NCBI GenBank assembly: GCA_945952345.1
Contig: CAMFIS010000004.1
Coordinates: 11,094 to 75,093 of the forward strand
Direction of reading: 5' to 3'
Length of the DNA: 64,000 nt
From: an uncultured Fimbriimonas sp.
GTDB taxonomy: Bacteria; Armatimonadota; Fimbriimonadia; Fimbriimonadales; Fimbriimonadaceae
Below the pieces are notes generated by a model. That model was not told the DNA's origin. It did no database searches and was given only the letters and a program-made list of their open reading frames with translations. Position 1 is the first letter of the stretch. Every line of letters begins with the position of its first letter. Below are positions 42,061 to 52,388 of this stretch, in pieces. Position numbers and translations under genes: made by a program.

Positions 42061-44007
42061 TTGCCTGAGCGGATGGGGTTTAATAAGGTTGTCGAGTCGA
42101 TGAAAGAGCCTCCAAGTTTCAATATTTTCAGAAACTTCGTTGCATACCCCCGAAACGAAGCGGGGACCCGGCTCGCTGGCAACTCCCATTACGCGAAATT
42201 CGCTTGGTTCGCCCTTCTTTACAACTTAATCGTTGTGGGATGGGGTGTATTCCTTCGCTCGATGGGGCTCGGCGACGGTTGCGGGAAGAATTGGCCGCTT
42301 TGCGAAGGCGCCAAGGACCCGGCGAAGGGCCCATTTGCCACCCTCATTGAGTTTTCTCACCGCGCGTCGACCGCGCTCGTGGGCGTGTTGGCTATCGTGA
42401 TGCTCGTTTGGTCCTATAAGGCATTCGAGAAAGGCCATCTGTCCCGCAAAGCCAGCTGGGTCTTCATGATTTTCACCCTCGCCGAGGGATGGATTGGTCG
42501 TCACTTGGTCGTAAATGGCCTCGTGACAAGCAACGACACGGTTCAGCGCGCGATATGGATGGGTGTTCATGTCTTAAGCACGTTCATGCTTCTGGGTTCG
42601 ATCGCGATCGCCGCACTGTCGGCGAGCCAGATTCGGCCACTGAAGTTGAAATCGCAAGGTACGGTTGGCTGGCTGCTGTTCTTTGGATTTGTGGGGACGA
42701 TGATTCTTGGGGTCAGCGGAGCGATTTCTGCATTTGGCCATCAGGTTCGCCCCGATATCGAGGGGCTCACCGAAATGATGAAGCCGACCGCGTTTTGGGC
42801 CAATAAGCTCGCCCTCGCTCACCCGGTTGGTTCCGCATCGATTGGACTCTATCTGCTCCTGATGTGCAGTCTCGTACAGCACCTGCGTCCCGATCCTTTT
42901 GTGAAGAACGCCTCAAAAGCGCTGATCGCGATCCTCATTGTCCAGTTACTTGCCGGCGCGATCAATATCTATCTGAAGGCGCCAGTTGCCATTCAGATGA
43001 TCCACTTGGTCCTCGCTGACCTGAACTGGGTGAGTGTAGTGATTCTTGCGGTAGCCGCGTTCGGTGTCGGTATCGAACCCGTGGAGGCTCGACCAGCACC
43101 GGCTGAAGCGGAAAACATGGATCCGCTGAAAGGGCGCGATCTGATCAAGGCGTACGTTGCCCTCACGAAGCCACGTGTGATCAGCCTGTTGCTGTTTACC
43201 ACGATGACGGCGATGATCGCGGCCAAGGGCGCTTGGCCAGGATTTTGGCTCTTCACGCTGGTGAGCGTGGCGGGTTACATGGTCGCTGGTGCGGCGAACG
43301 CCATCAACATGGTCATCGATCGCGACATCGATATCTCGATGAAACGAACGGCGAAGCGTCCGACGGTCACGCAAAGCATCTCAAGCGTGAACGCGCTGGT
43401 GTTTGCGTTCACGCTGGCAACGCTCTCGTTTACGATTCTTTGGGTCTTGTGTAGCTCTCCGTTGAGTGCGTTGATGGCGCTGAGCGGTTTGGTGTTCTAT
43501 GTCGTGATCTACACGATGCTGCTCAAGCGGCGCACGTGGCAGAACATCGTCATTGGTGGCGCGGCTGGCGCATTCCCCCCGCTCGTCGGATGGGCAGCGG
43601 TCACGAATACGTTGCCTCCCCTTGCGCTCTATCTTTTCGGAATCATCTTCGTGTGGACGCCCGTTCACTTCTGGGCGCTCGCGTTGCTCATCAAGGATGA
43701 CTACGCTGCTGCCGGAGTTCCGATGCTTCCCGTCGTGAAAGGTGACCGAGTTACCGTGATCCAGATCGGCGTCTACACGGTCGCGACGATCATCGCGACT
43801 TTTGTGCCAGTTTTCTTCCCGCAAGTGGGATGGATCTACACAATTAGTGCAATTGTGCTGAATTTAATCCTCATTCGTAGTTTTTGGCGACTTTGGAAAA
43901 ACATGTCCGATCGGCCGCGCGCGAGCGGTTTGTTCCATTACAGCATGCTGTACTTGGCCATTTTGTTCCTTATGTTTGCCATCGATAGGGTCGTGGTGAT
44001 GGGATGA
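42061..44007 (+). CDS. ctaA-ctaB: fused heme A synthase (CtaA/COX15) - protoheme IX farnesyltransferase (CtaB/CyoE)
   Basis: 648 aa. The N-terminal ~330 aa is a multi-TM COX15-like domain with a Cys pair (GDGCGKNWPLCEG) and conserved His residues (FSHR..., IHLVLADLNW). The C-terminal ~300 aa is UbiA-type (LTKPRVISLLLFT, NMVIDRDIDISMKRT). The start is uncertain: TTG 42061, ATG 42073 or ATG 42100. Confidence 0.85.
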   Translation: MPERMGFNKVVESMKEPPSFNIFRNFVAYPRNEAGTRLAGNSHYAKFAWFALLYNLIVVGWGVFLRSMGLGDGCGKNWPLCEGAKDPAKGPFATLIEFSHRASTALVGVLAIVMLVWSYKAFEKGHLSRKASWVFMIFTLAEGWIGRHLVVNGLVTSNDTVQRAIWMGVHVLSTFMLLGSIAIAALSASQIRPLKLKSQGTVGWLLFFGFVGTMILGVSGAISAFGHQVRPDIEGLTEMMKPTAFWANKLALAHPVGSASIGLYLLLMCSLVQHLRPDPFVKNASKALIAILIVQLLAGAINIYLKAPVAIQMIHLVLADLNWVSVVILAVAAFGVGIEPVEARPAPAEAENMDPLKGRDLIKAYVALTKPRVISLLLFTTMTAMIAAKGAWPGFWLFTLVSVAGYMVAGAANAINMVIDRDIDISMKRTAKRPTVTQSISSVNALVFAFTLATLSFTILWVLCSSPLSALMALSGLVFYVVIYTMLLKRRTWQNIVIGGAAGAFPPLVGWAAVTNTLPPLALYLFGIIFVWTPVHFWALALLIKDDYAAAGVPMLPVVKGDRVTVIQIGVYTVATIIATFVPVFFPQVGWIYTISAIVLNLILIRSFWRLWKNMSDRPRASGLFHYSMLYLAILFLMFAIDRVVVMG

Positions 44008-44092
44008 TGGGACAGCAAAACCGCTCGACGACTCGGTATCATCATTTTTCGTTTGCAGGCATCAGTTTTGCAAACCGTGACGACCGGCAAGG

Positions 44093-44905
44093 ATGCCGGT
44101 TCAACACAACCAATATGGAGCTTCACGAATAGATATGGGTTCGCAGGTCTTTAAACCAAACGCCAACTCAATTGCCCACATGGCGATCATCGGTATCGCG
44201 GTCGGGCCATTGACGATTGGTCTCGCGCTCGCGGCGCTTTCGCGCTCGCCAGCCAATACCAAGGTTAACATTGCTAAGAATCAGCCAGTTCCCTTTTCCC
44301 ACCAACACCACAACTGGGAATTAGGAATCGACTGTCGATACTGCCATACCAGTGTCGAAAAGTCGAGCTTCGCCGGCATCCCGTCGACGGAGACCTGTAT
44401 GAGCTGCCACAGCCAGATTTGGACGAACTCGCCGCTCCTCGAGCCTGTCCGACAAAGCTATGAGACCAACACTCCGATCAAGTGGAACAAGGTCAACAAG
44501 CTGCCAGATTTCGTCTATTTCAACCACTCGATCCATATCAATCGAGGACTTCAGTGCAATATCTGCCATGGCTCGATGCAGGATGAGCACATCACGATGA
44601 AAGGTAACTCTTTCCAAATGGCTTGGTGTCTGCAGTGTCACCGCGCTCCGGAGCGATATCTCGCTTGGAACAAGGACCTCAAGAAGGAATATCCCGGCCT
44701 GACTCCCCGCGAGCTCGTCTTCAAGTACTACTGGAAACTCCAGAAGGAAGGCAAGGGCAACCTCTCTCAGAGTGAGACTCAAATCGCAAACAACACCTAT
44801 AACGGCGAAGAGAGTCCGAAGGATGTCGAAGACGGCAAGGCAATCATCAAAGAACTGGGCATCAAGCCACAGCAGCTTGCGGATTGTACGGTGTGCCACC
44901 GCTAA
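44093..44905 (+). CDS. actA: Alternative Complex III subunit ActA (pentaheme cytochrome c)
   Basis: 270 aa with one TM helix and five CxxCH motifs (CRYCH, CMSCH, CNICH, CLQCH, CTVCH). Confidence 0.85.
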   Translation: MPVQHNQYGASRIDMGSQVFKPNANSIAHMAIIGIAVGPLTIGLALAALSRSPANTKVNIAKNQPVPFSHQHHNWELGIDCRYCHTSVEKSSFAGIPSTETCMSCHSQIWTNSPLLEPVRQSYETNTPIKWNKVNKLPDFVYFNHSIHINRGLQCNICHGSMQDEHITMKGNSFQMAWCLQCHRAPERYLAWNKDLKKEYPGLTPRELVFKYYWKLQKEGKGNLSQSETQIANNTYNGEESPKDVEDGKAIIKELGIKPQQLADCTVCHR

Positions 44906-44913
44906 GGGTTTTT

Positions 44914-47900
44914 ATGGATACGCAGAAGATGAACAAACAAGAAGCCCTGGATAAGATGCGTGCCGAATTGGAAGGCAAGCGCGGTCAGCAGTACTGGCGC
45001 TCGCTCGACGAGGTTTCGCAATCGAAGGAGTTTAAGTCCTGGTTCGAAGACGAATTCCCGAATCGCCAAGAGCTTTTCCAGATCGACCGACGCACGCTCC
45101 TGAAATTTGCAGGCGCCTCGCTCGCTCTCGCCGGCCTCTCGGGTTGCCGTGGAGTGTTTCTTCCTGAAGAGAAAGTCATTCCGTTTGTAAAAGCTCCGGA
45201 AGAGATGGTGCCAGGCAAGGCTCTGTTCTATGCCTCAGCCGTTACGCTGGCAGGCTATGCAACCGGTGTCTTGGTCGAGCAGCACGAAGGTCGACCGATT
45301 AAGCTTGAAGGTAACCCAGATCACCCGGCTTCGCTGGGTTCGCTCGGTTCGATCGCTCAGGCCGAAGTCCTGAACTTCTACGATCCGGATCGCGCTGGGA
45401 ATGTTTACGCCCTGGACGAGATTTCGACTTGGGAAGAATTTAACAAGGAGCTGAAAAGTCAGCTCGATGCCCATGTCGCGACCAAGGGCAAGGGTATTGC
45501 GGTCTTGTTCGGGACGATCACCTCGCCGACGCACGCGGCGATGATCGAGCAGTTTAAGAAGAAGTATCCCGAAGCTAAGGTTTACGCTTGGGAGCCGGTA
45601 GGTCGAACCTCGCTGACGGCAGCCGTGAAGGCAGTTACGGGCAAGGATGGCGTTCCGGTTTACGACTTCAGCAAGGCGAAGGTTGTTGTCACCCTCGATG
45701 GAGACTTCCTCTCGCCGACCGAAACTCCGGGCGCGCTCATCTACGCTCGACAGTTCGCTCAGGCGCGAAAAGTAACGGGTTCGAAGGGTGAAATGAGCCG
45801 ACTGTACGCAATCGAATCAAATTGCGGACTAGTCGGAGCGAGCGCCGATCACCGGTACACGGTCAAGCCGAGTGAGGTTTACCAGTCCGCGTTGGCCCTC
45901 GCCAAGGAAGTTGGCCTTTCGGTTCCTGGAGTCAATGCTCCGGGCCGACTGCAGACTGATCTGCCCGCGATTGTGAAGGACCTCAAGGCGCATATGGGCG
46001 AGAGCGTCGTGGTGGCCAGCGAGCAGGCTCCGGCTGAGGTGCAAATCGCCGCGTTCCTCATCAATAACGCGCTGGGCAACATCGGCAAGACGGTCAAATT
46101 TGTCGCCACACCTGAAGCCTCGACGGGCATGGGGCAGATTGCTGACCTCGTGAAGGACATGAAGTCCAACGCGGTCGATTTGATCTTCATCTCGAACTGC
46201 AATCCTGTTTACACCGCGCCGGCCGACCTCGCGTTTGGCGACGCTCTTAAGAGTGTCAAAACCAAGGTCCACCTGGCAAGTCACTTCGACGAGACTTCGG
46301 CACTGTGCGATTGGAAGCTTCCTCTCGCCCACTCGCTGGAGGCATGGGGCGACGCTCGATCCTTCGAAGGAACGGCCTCGATTATCCAGCCGCTTATCGC
46401 TCCGATCTTTGACGGACGAAGCGAAATCGAAGTCATGTCGAACTTCCTTGGCGAGAACCGAGGCGGATACGACCTGGTTCGCGATTACTGGAAGTCACAG
46501 AAGCTGGGTGGCGCCGAGTTTGAAAAGGGCTGGCGAACTGCAGTTCACAACGGAACGATTCCGAACACGGCTTCCGCTCCGTTGGCAATGACCTCGACCT
46601 CGGCAAGCCTGCCGAGTCCGGTCGCATCCGGATCGGGATTGGAAGCAAGCTTTATGGCTGACCCGGCCATTTTCGATGGACGACATGCGAATAACGGCTG
46701 GCTGCAAGAGCTGCCGCGACCGTTGACGAAAGTCGTTTGGGATAACGTCATCACGCTCTCTGCGGCGGATGCGAAGAATTTGGGTGTCAAAACCGACGAA
46801 TACGTTCGAGTCTCGTCCGGTTCGGCTGAGATCGACGGCATCGTCTTCGTCCTCCCCGGCCAGCCAGTGGGTTCGGTTACGATCAACCTTGGATACGGGC
46901 GAACGGCCGGTGGCACGCTCGCCACGATCGCAACGGTGGGCAACACACCGGGCGACCAGGGCGGCGGCTGCAACGCCTATGCGCTGCGAACTTCAAAGAA
47001 TCTCAACTTTACGCCCGTCCAAATCAAGTCGCTTGGTACGGAAATGCACCTCGCCAGCACGCAGGGCCACAGCCCCCTGGGTGGTAACCGAATGCCGGAT
47101 GAGCCAATTCATCGAGACGTGATCCGAGCGGGAACGTTAGAGGAATTCAACAAGGCTGGCGAAGAAGCTGAGAAGTCTGGCGATTTGGTCAAAAAGGGCG
47201 AGATTTACGCAGAGGCGCTCAGCAATGGTAACCACATCGTGGAGGATAAGGAAATTGCCGAGGGCAACCTTTATCCCGAAGAGACTTTCGAGTGGGACGG
47301 CGACCAATGGGGCATGACGATCGACATGAACGCATGTACCGGTTGCGGCGCTTGTGTCACAGCTTGCCAAGCCGAGAACAACATCTCGGTAGTCGGTAAA
47401 GAGCAGGTTGGCAAGGGCCGTGAAATGCACTGGATTCGAATCGACCGCTACTACAGCGGATCGGACGAAAATCCGGATGTTGCCTGGCAGCCCGTCGCTT
47501 GTGTCCACTGCGAGAAAGCTCCATGCGAACCGGTTTGTCCGGTCGCGGCAACGATTCATAGCCATGAGGGTCTGAACCAGATGGTTTACAACCGCTGCGT
47601 CGGAACCCGATATTGCTCCAACAACTGTCCCTATAAAGTTCGTCGGTTTAACTACCTCAACTGGACGGATAACCAAGAGCAGTTCACAAAGAAGACTTCG
47701 CCGATCAATACGCGCGTCATCCCAGGCCCGATCCGCGAGCCAAAGGCGGAAGGCGTGCAGCTCCTGAAGCTCCTCAACAACCCGGACGTCACAGTCCGTG
47801 GCCGAGGTGTCATGGAGAAGTGTTCGTACTGCGTTCAGCGCATCAACGAAGCAAGAATCGAGTCGAAGAAGGCTGGTCGAAGGATTGCAGATGGTGACGT

Positions 47901-48117
47901 GATCACGGCATGTCAGCAAGCCTGTCCGAGCCAAGCCATCGTTTTTGGAAACCTCGCCGATAAGAACAGCCAAGTCGCCAAGATGAAGGCTGACCCAAGA
48001 AGCTACCAGCTACTGAAGGAACTTCAGACTCGGCCGCGAACTTCGCACATGGCAAAGCTTCGCAATCCAAACCCTGAGATCAAGAGTGCAAATGAGACCA
48101 CGGAGGCCCATTCCTAA
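44914..48117 (+). CDS. actB: Alternative Complex III subunit ActB (molybdopterin-oxidoreductase-like + 4Fe-4S ferredoxin domains, Tat signal)
   Basis: ATG at 44914 (the track ORF starts at TTG 44884, inside actA). It has a twin-Arg signal (DRRTLLKFAGASLALAGLSGC), a large MopB-like domain and FeS clusters (CTGCGACVTAC, CVHCEKAPCEPVCP, CVGTRYCSNNCP, CSYC...CQQACP). Confidence 0.88.
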   Translation: MDTQKMNKQEALDKMRAELEGKRGQQYWRSLDEVSQSKEFKSWFEDEFPNRQELFQIDRRTLLKFAGASLALAGLSGCRGVFLPEEKVIPFVKAPEEMVPGKALFYASAVTLAGYATGVLVEQHEGRPIKLEGNPDHPASLGSLGSIAQAEVLNFYDPDRAGNVYALDEISTWEEFNKELKSQLDAHVATKGKGIAVLFGTITSPTHAAMIEQFKKKYPEAKVYAWEPVGRTSLTAAVKAVTGKDGVPVYDFSKAKVVVTLDGDFLSPTETPGALIYARQFAQARKVTGSKGEMSRLYAIESNCGLVGASADHRYTVKPSEVYQSALALAKEVGLSVPGVNAPGRLQTDLPAIVKDLKAHMGESVVVASEQAPAEVQIAAFLINNALGNIGKTVKFVATPEASTGMGQIADLVKDMKSNAVDLIFISNCNPVYTAPADLAFGDALKSVKTKVHLASHFDETSALCDWKLPLAHSLEAWGDARSFEGTASIIQPLIAPIFDGRSEIEVMSNFLGENRGGYDLVRDYWKSQKLGGAEFEKGWRTAVHNGTIPNTASAPLAMTSTSASLPSPVASGSGLEASFMADPAIFDGRHANNGWLQELPRPLTKVVWDNVITLSAADAKNLGVKTDEYVRVSSGSAEIDGIVFVLPGQPVGSVTINLGYGRTAGGTLATIATVGNTPGDQGGGCNAYALRTSKNLNFTPVQIKSLGTEMHLASTQGHSPLGGNRMPDEPIHRDVIRAGTLEEFNKAGEEAEKSGDLVKKGEIYAEALSNGNHIVEDKEIAEGNLYPEETFEWDGDQWGMTIDMNACTGCGACVTACQAENNISVVGKEQVGKGREMHWIRIDRYYSGSDENPDVAWQPVACVHCEKAPCEPVCPVAATIHSHEGLNQMVYNRCVGTRYCSNNCPYKVRRFNYLNWTDNQEQFTKKTSPINTRVIPGPIREPKAEGVQLLKLLNNPDVTVRGRGVMEKCSYCVQRINEARIESKKAGRRIADGDVITACQQACPSQAIVFGNLADKNSQVAKMKADPRSYQLLKELQTRPRTSHMAKLRNPNPEIKSANETTEAHS

Positions 48118-49514
48118 TGGCTGATAGCCGAATTAACGATCTGCTGATTACCGGCGATCAGAACTACGCGACCATTGACCATTCGGTTGGCCGCCTGGTC
48201 CTTGACTCCAAGGCTCACTCGATTGCCTGGTTCAAGTGGCTGATCGTTGGCGTGATGGGATCTGGCCTGCTGATGGTAAGCATCGCATGGTTGATCTTCC
48301 AAGGCACTGGCACCTGGGGTAACAATATCCCGGCCGCGTGGGGCTTTGACATCGTCAACTTCGTTTGGTGGATTGGTATCGGCCACGCAGGAACGCTGAT
48401 CTCGGCGATCTTGCTCCTGCTTCGGCAGCAATGGAGAAACTCGATCAACCGCTTCTCCGAAGCGATGACGATCTTCGCGGTTATGTGCGCGGGCTTGTAC
48501 CCGCTCTTGCACACGGGACGACCCTGGAACGACTACTGGCTGTTCCCGTATCCAAACATTCTGGGTATGTGGCCGCAGTTCCGATCGCCGCTTCTGTGGG
48601 ACGTGTTTGCAGTTTCGACGTACTTCAGCGTTTCGCTCGTGTTCTGGTTCGTGGGTCTGGTACCTGACTTTGCCACCTTGCGAGACAAGGCGACCAACCG
48701 CTATGCCAAGCTCATTTTCGCTTTGCTTGCGATGGGATGGCGAGGCAGCGCCAAACACTGGCACCGATACGAGCAGATGTACTACATCCTGGCGGGCATC
48801 AGCGCTCCACTGGTTCTTTCGGTTCACAGTATCGTTAGCTTCGACTTTGCGATTTCGATCGTCCCTGGCTGGAACGTTACCGTCTTCCCACCGTACTTCG
48901 TTGCTGGCGCGGTCTTTGCTGGCTTTGCGATGGTTATCATTTGGGGCATCCCGCTGCGAAAGTACTACAAGCTGGAGCACCTGATCACCAATCGTCACAT
49001 GGACTGGATGGCGAAGATTCTCCTCGCAACCGGACTCATCGTTTTCTACGGCTACTTCTTGGAAGTGTTCTACTCCTGGTATAGCGGCAACTCGTACGAA
49101 TTCAAGCTTCTCATGAAGACGCGATTCGACGGAATGTATGCCAAGTTTTACTGGGCGCTGATCTTCTGTAACGGTCTCTGTCCGCAGATCTTCTGGTGGA
49201 ACAAAGCGCGAACCAGCACGTTCTGGCTCATCTTCGTCTCCATCATGGTCAGCATTGGCATGTGGCTCGAGCGATTCGTAATCATTCCGATGTCGCTGAC
49301 GAACAACTACTTGCCAAGTAGCGACAAGCCTTACTATCCATCGTTCTGGGACTTGGCGATGTTCGCAGGAACCCTGGGCTTCTTCACGATGCTCATGATC
49401 CTCTTCATCCGATTCCTACCAACGATCAACATCTTCGAAGTCAAGGACCTGTTGTTCAAGATGAAGGGCAAGAAAGAATTCGTCGAAGGCCAAGAGCCGG
49501 TGGAGGTTGCATAA
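48117..49514 (+). CDS. actC: Alternative Complex III subunit ActC (NrfD/PsrC-like quinol-interacting membrane subunit)
   Basis: 465 aa, polytopic and NrfD-like. TAATG overlap with actB. Confidence 0.85.
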   Translation: MADSRINDLLITGDQNYATIDHSVGRLVLDSKAHSIAWFKWLIVGVMGSGLLMVSIAWLIFQGTGTWGNNIPAAWGFDIVNFVWWIGIGHAGTLISAILLLLRQQWRNSINRFSEAMTIFAVMCAGLYPLLHTGRPWNDYWLFPYPNILGMWPQFRSPLLWDVFAVSTYFSVSLVFWFVGLVPDFATLRDKATNRYAKLIFALLAMGWRGSAKHWHRYEQMYYILAGISAPLVLSVHSIVSFDFAISIVPGWNVTVFPPYFVAGAVFAGFAMVIIWGIPLRKYYKLEHLITNRHMDWMAKILLATGLIVFYGYFLEVFYSWYSGNSYEFKLLMKTRFDGMYAKFYWALIFCNGLCPQIFWWNKARTSTFWLIFVSIMVSIGMWLERFVIIPMSLTNNYLPSSDKPYYPSFWDLAMFAGTLGFFTMLMILFIRFLPTINIFEVKDLLFKMKGKKEFVEGQEPVEVA

Positions 49515-50066
49515 ATGGCACACGATTATTCCGATCCAGTAGGTTTGTATGCGACGGTGGGTGAGTTCGCCACGCCGGAAATGTTGGAGCATGCTACCGA
49601 GGAAGCGCGCCACGCGGGTTACACCGTGATGGATGCTTACTCGCCGTTCCCGCTGCATGGTATGAGCGAAGCGTTGGGCTTCCGCGATACCAAGGTGCCG
49701 TGGACGGTCATCATCTTCGGCATCATCGGTTTGACCTGCGGCTACACGCTGCAGTTCTACACCTCGGTCATCGACTATCCGATGAACGTGGGCGGCAAGC
49801 CGCTGAACTCCATTCCGGCATTCATTCCGGTCACCTACGAATGTACGATTCTCTTCTCCGCGTTTAGCGCAGCGATCGGAATGTTCGTGTACAACCGGCT
49901 GCCGATGCCGTACCACCCGATCTTCAATGCCAAGAACTTCGAGCGGGCTTCGCAAGATCGATTCTTTTTGGCGATCGAAGCAAAGGACCCAAATTACGAC
50001 GGTGAAGCGATCGAGAAGCTGATGCGCAGCAATGGCGCGTTGGAGGTATCCACATGCGATTACTAA
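49515..50066 (+). CDS. actD: Alternative Complex III subunit ActD (DUF3341-type)
   Basis: 183 aa. It has a soluble N-terminal part (GLYATVGEFATPEMLEHATEEARHAGYTVMDAYSPFP) followed by two TM helices. Its position after actC matches ACIII operons. Confidence 0.8.
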   Translation: MAHDYSDPVGLYATVGEFATPEMLEHATEEARHAGYTVMDAYSPFPLHGMSEALGFRDTKVPWTVIIFGIIGLTCGYTLQFYTSVIDYPMNVGGKPLNSIPAFIPVTYECTILFSAFSAAIGMFVYNRLPMPYHPIFNAKNFERASQDRFFLAIEAKDPNYDGEAIEKLMRSNGALEVSTCDY

Positions 50067-50671
50067 GAACTCTCTTGCTAGGTTCGGTTGCCCTCTTTTT
50101 GGTGGGCTGCAACACCGACATGTGGGTGCAAAACAAGCAGGCACCGATGTCCGAAAGCGAGTTCTTCGCCGACGGATCTTCGATTCGTCCGCTCGTTCCC
50201 GGCACGATTCCTCGTGGCCATCTTCGAGAAGATGGTGCATTCTACACGGGCATCGTTGATGGCAAGTGGATCGATAAGATTCCGGTCCCGGTCACGAACG
50301 AACTCATGGCTCGCGGAAAGGATCGATTCGATGTCTACTGCACGCCTTGCCACGGACGTCTCGGCGACGGACAGGGAATGATCGCGCAGCGCGGATTCCA
50401 ATTGAAGCGACCGGTTGGCAACTACCACACGGATCGTCTCCGCAAGATGCCAGTCGGGCACTTTTACGATGTCATCACCAATGGCTACGGCGCCATGTAC
50501 AGCTATGCTTCCCGAATCGAACCTCAAGATCGATGGGCAGTGGTGGCGTATATCCGAGCGCTGCAGCTGAGCCAAAGCTCTTCGGTCAACGACTTGACGG
50601 AAGCAGAAAAGGCCAAGCTCAACGAAAAGATGGAACCTAAGAAAGAACACGCCGAAGGGGAGGGCCACTAA
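50054..50671 (+). CDS. actE: Alternative Complex III subunit ActE (monoheme cytochrome c lipoprotein)
   Basis: 205 aa with a lipobox (LFLVGC), a single CxxCH (CTPCHG) and a distal Met region (GYGAMYSY). Confidence 0.8.
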   Translation: MRLLRTLLLGSVALFLVGCNTDMWVQNKQAPMSESEFFADGSSIRPLVPGTIPRGHLREDGAFYTGIVDGKWIDKIPVPVTNELMARGKDRFDVYCTPCHGRLGDGQGMIAQRGFQLKRPVGNYHTDRLRKMPVGHFYDVITNGYGAMYSYASRIEPQDRWAVVAYIRALQLSQSSSVNDLTEAEKAKLNEKMEPKKEHAEGEGH

Positions 50672-51903
50672 TGAGCGCCGTTCTCAAGAACGACTCGATG
50701 ATGCAGGGCGATCCGACTCAGCCGAGCTTCCTTCGCCTCAAGCCATTGTTCCAACTTTTGGGAATCGTGGTCGGTCTTCCGGTCTGGGGTTACCTGGCAT
50801 TCGGAAGCGGCGAGGCTCACACGTGGGCGCTCAATAGCTACATGTACGGTTGGATTTTCTGGCTGATGGCGACCCTCGGGTGCCTCGCGCTGACCTTGCT
50901 CCACGGTTCGATCAACTGTATGTGGACGATTGCCGTGCTCCGAGTCTTTGAAGCAGGATCGAGCTGGGTGATGTTCGCCTTGTTGGCGTTCTTCTTCATC
51001 CCGATACGGCTGCACATGGGGGACGTTTATCCCTGGGTGAATGCAGACGCCAACGACATAGTTCTCAACTTTAAGCGCGCTTATTTGAACCAAAACGGAT
51101 TCGATCTTCGTTTCCTTGGTTCGATGGCGCTCATGGGATTCATGTCGTTCATGATGTCCCGATCCTCGCGACGACAAGACAAGTCTGGCAACGATAAGGA
51201 ACGACAATTCCGAACGAACTTCGGAACGCCAGGTATGGTCGCACTCGCGCTCATCATCACCTTCTTCCTTACCGACGTTGCGATGTCGATGACTCCTCAT
51301 TGGTACAGCACCATCTACCCGCTGTGGCTGATGGTTGGCGGCGCGCAGACGGCCCTGACGATCTCGATCATCATGGTCTGCAGCAATGCGAAGAAGCAGC
51401 CATATGCCGAGCAGATGTCGCCCGCTCTTACGAGGGACCTCGGCAACATGATGTTCGTGCTGACGATGCTGTGGGGTTACACCTCGGTTTCGCAGCTCAT
51501 CATTCTTTGGAATGGAAACCTGCCGGATACGGCCATCTTCTACGCAGTCCGCGGCGCCGACTTCAAGTTGGGCTGGAACTTTGTAGGAGCCGCTTCGGTG
51601 GTGGGTTGTTTCTTCATTCCATTCTCGAGTCTTCTTTCGACCCGGCTGAAGCGATATGCGGACCGAATTCGAAACGTCGCCTTGATCATCTTGGTGTTCC
51701 GATTCGTAGACGTGTACTGGATCATTGCTGCATCTTCGCCGCATCGCGAGCACAACTTTGCGGTTCCAACGATGTGGGACGTGATCGGTTTGGTCGCCAT
51801 GGGTCTGGCTTGGATGGGCGCAATGCTCACTCTGGTCGCAAAGCACCCACTTCTGCCGCAATATGACAACCGCTTGAAGGAGCTGAAATCGAATGCACAC
51901 TGA
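50671..51903 (+). CDS. actF: Alternative Complex III subunit ActF (second NrfD-like membrane subunit)
   Basis: 410 aa, polytopic. Its start overlaps the actE stop by 1 nt. Confidence 0.8.
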   Translation: MSAVLKNDSMMQGDPTQPSFLRLKPLFQLLGIVVGLPVWGYLAFGSGEAHTWALNSYMYGWIFWLMATLGCLALTLLHGSINCMWTIAVLRVFEAGSSWVMFALLAFFFIPIRLHMGDVYPWVNADANDIVLNFKRAYLNQNGFDLRFLGSMALMGFMSFMMSRSSRRQDKSGNDKERQFRTNFGTPGMVALALIITFFLTDVAMSMTPHWYSTIYPLWLMVGGAQTALTISIIMVCSNAKKQPYAEQMSPALTRDLGNMMFVLTMLWGYTSVSQLIILWNGNLPDTAIFYAVRGADFKLGWNFVGAASVVGCFFIPFSSLLSTRLKRYADRIRNVALIILVFRFVDVYWIIAASSPHREHNFAVPTMWDVIGLVAMGLAWMGAMLTLVAKHPLLPQYDNRLKELKSNAH

Positions 51904-52384
51904 GTTTAAACCAGAAGATCCAGAAGTCCTAAGGGAAATGGGTTATGACACCCGTGATATGAAGATGCCGCTTCTGCGGAAGTACATCATTTGGATTACG
52001 GCGTCATGCGTTGCGAGTTTCCTTATTGCAGTTCCGGCATATAACTACTTCTCGACAGACGGAAGCTTGCTGGCCCGCCTCACTGGGTCGGAGCGGCAAC
52101 CGGGGCAGAAGTCGAAAAACCATATTCAGCCTCCGAACCCACTTCTGCAGGACAACTTCACAACCAAGAAAGACATCAAGGACCTTCGACGTCATGAGGA
52201 TGACGTTCTTGGCTCCTATGGCTGGGTCGATCAGAACAAGGGTCAAGTCCATATTCCGATTGAAAAGGCTATGTCTGAAATCGTGAAGAACGGAGTTTCG
52301 ACCGGTAACGTCGTTCCCGCAAAGACTGAAGGCAATACGATCAAGCAGAACGCCGTTGGACCTGGCTCGAGCCAGCAACACTAA
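51893..52384 (+). CDS. single-pass membrane protein between ACIII and oxidase genes (possible accessory subunit)
   Basis: 163 aa with one TM helix (YIIWITASCVASFLIAVPAY). It overlaps the actF stop by 11 nt. No motif recognised. Confidence 0.55.
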   Translation: MHTEFKPEDPEVLREMGYDTRDMKMPLLRKYIIWITASCVASFLIAVPAYNYFSTDGSLLARLTGSERQPGQKSKNHIQPPNPLLQDNFTTKKDIKDLRRHEDDVLGSYGWVDQNKGQVHIPIEKAMSEIVKNGVSTGNVVPAKTEGNTIKQNAVGPGSSQQH

Positions 52385-52388
52385 GGAC

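Noticed and set aside
50668-51900. 410-aa minus-strand ORF exactly mirroring actF. Similar ORFs lie at 47137-47973, 48114-48998, 49416-50240 and 50078-50668.
   Set aside because: These shadow ORFs sit inside a tightly packed plus-strand operon whose products have clear membrane or heme motifs. The antisense translations are Arg/His-rich with no hydrophobic helices.
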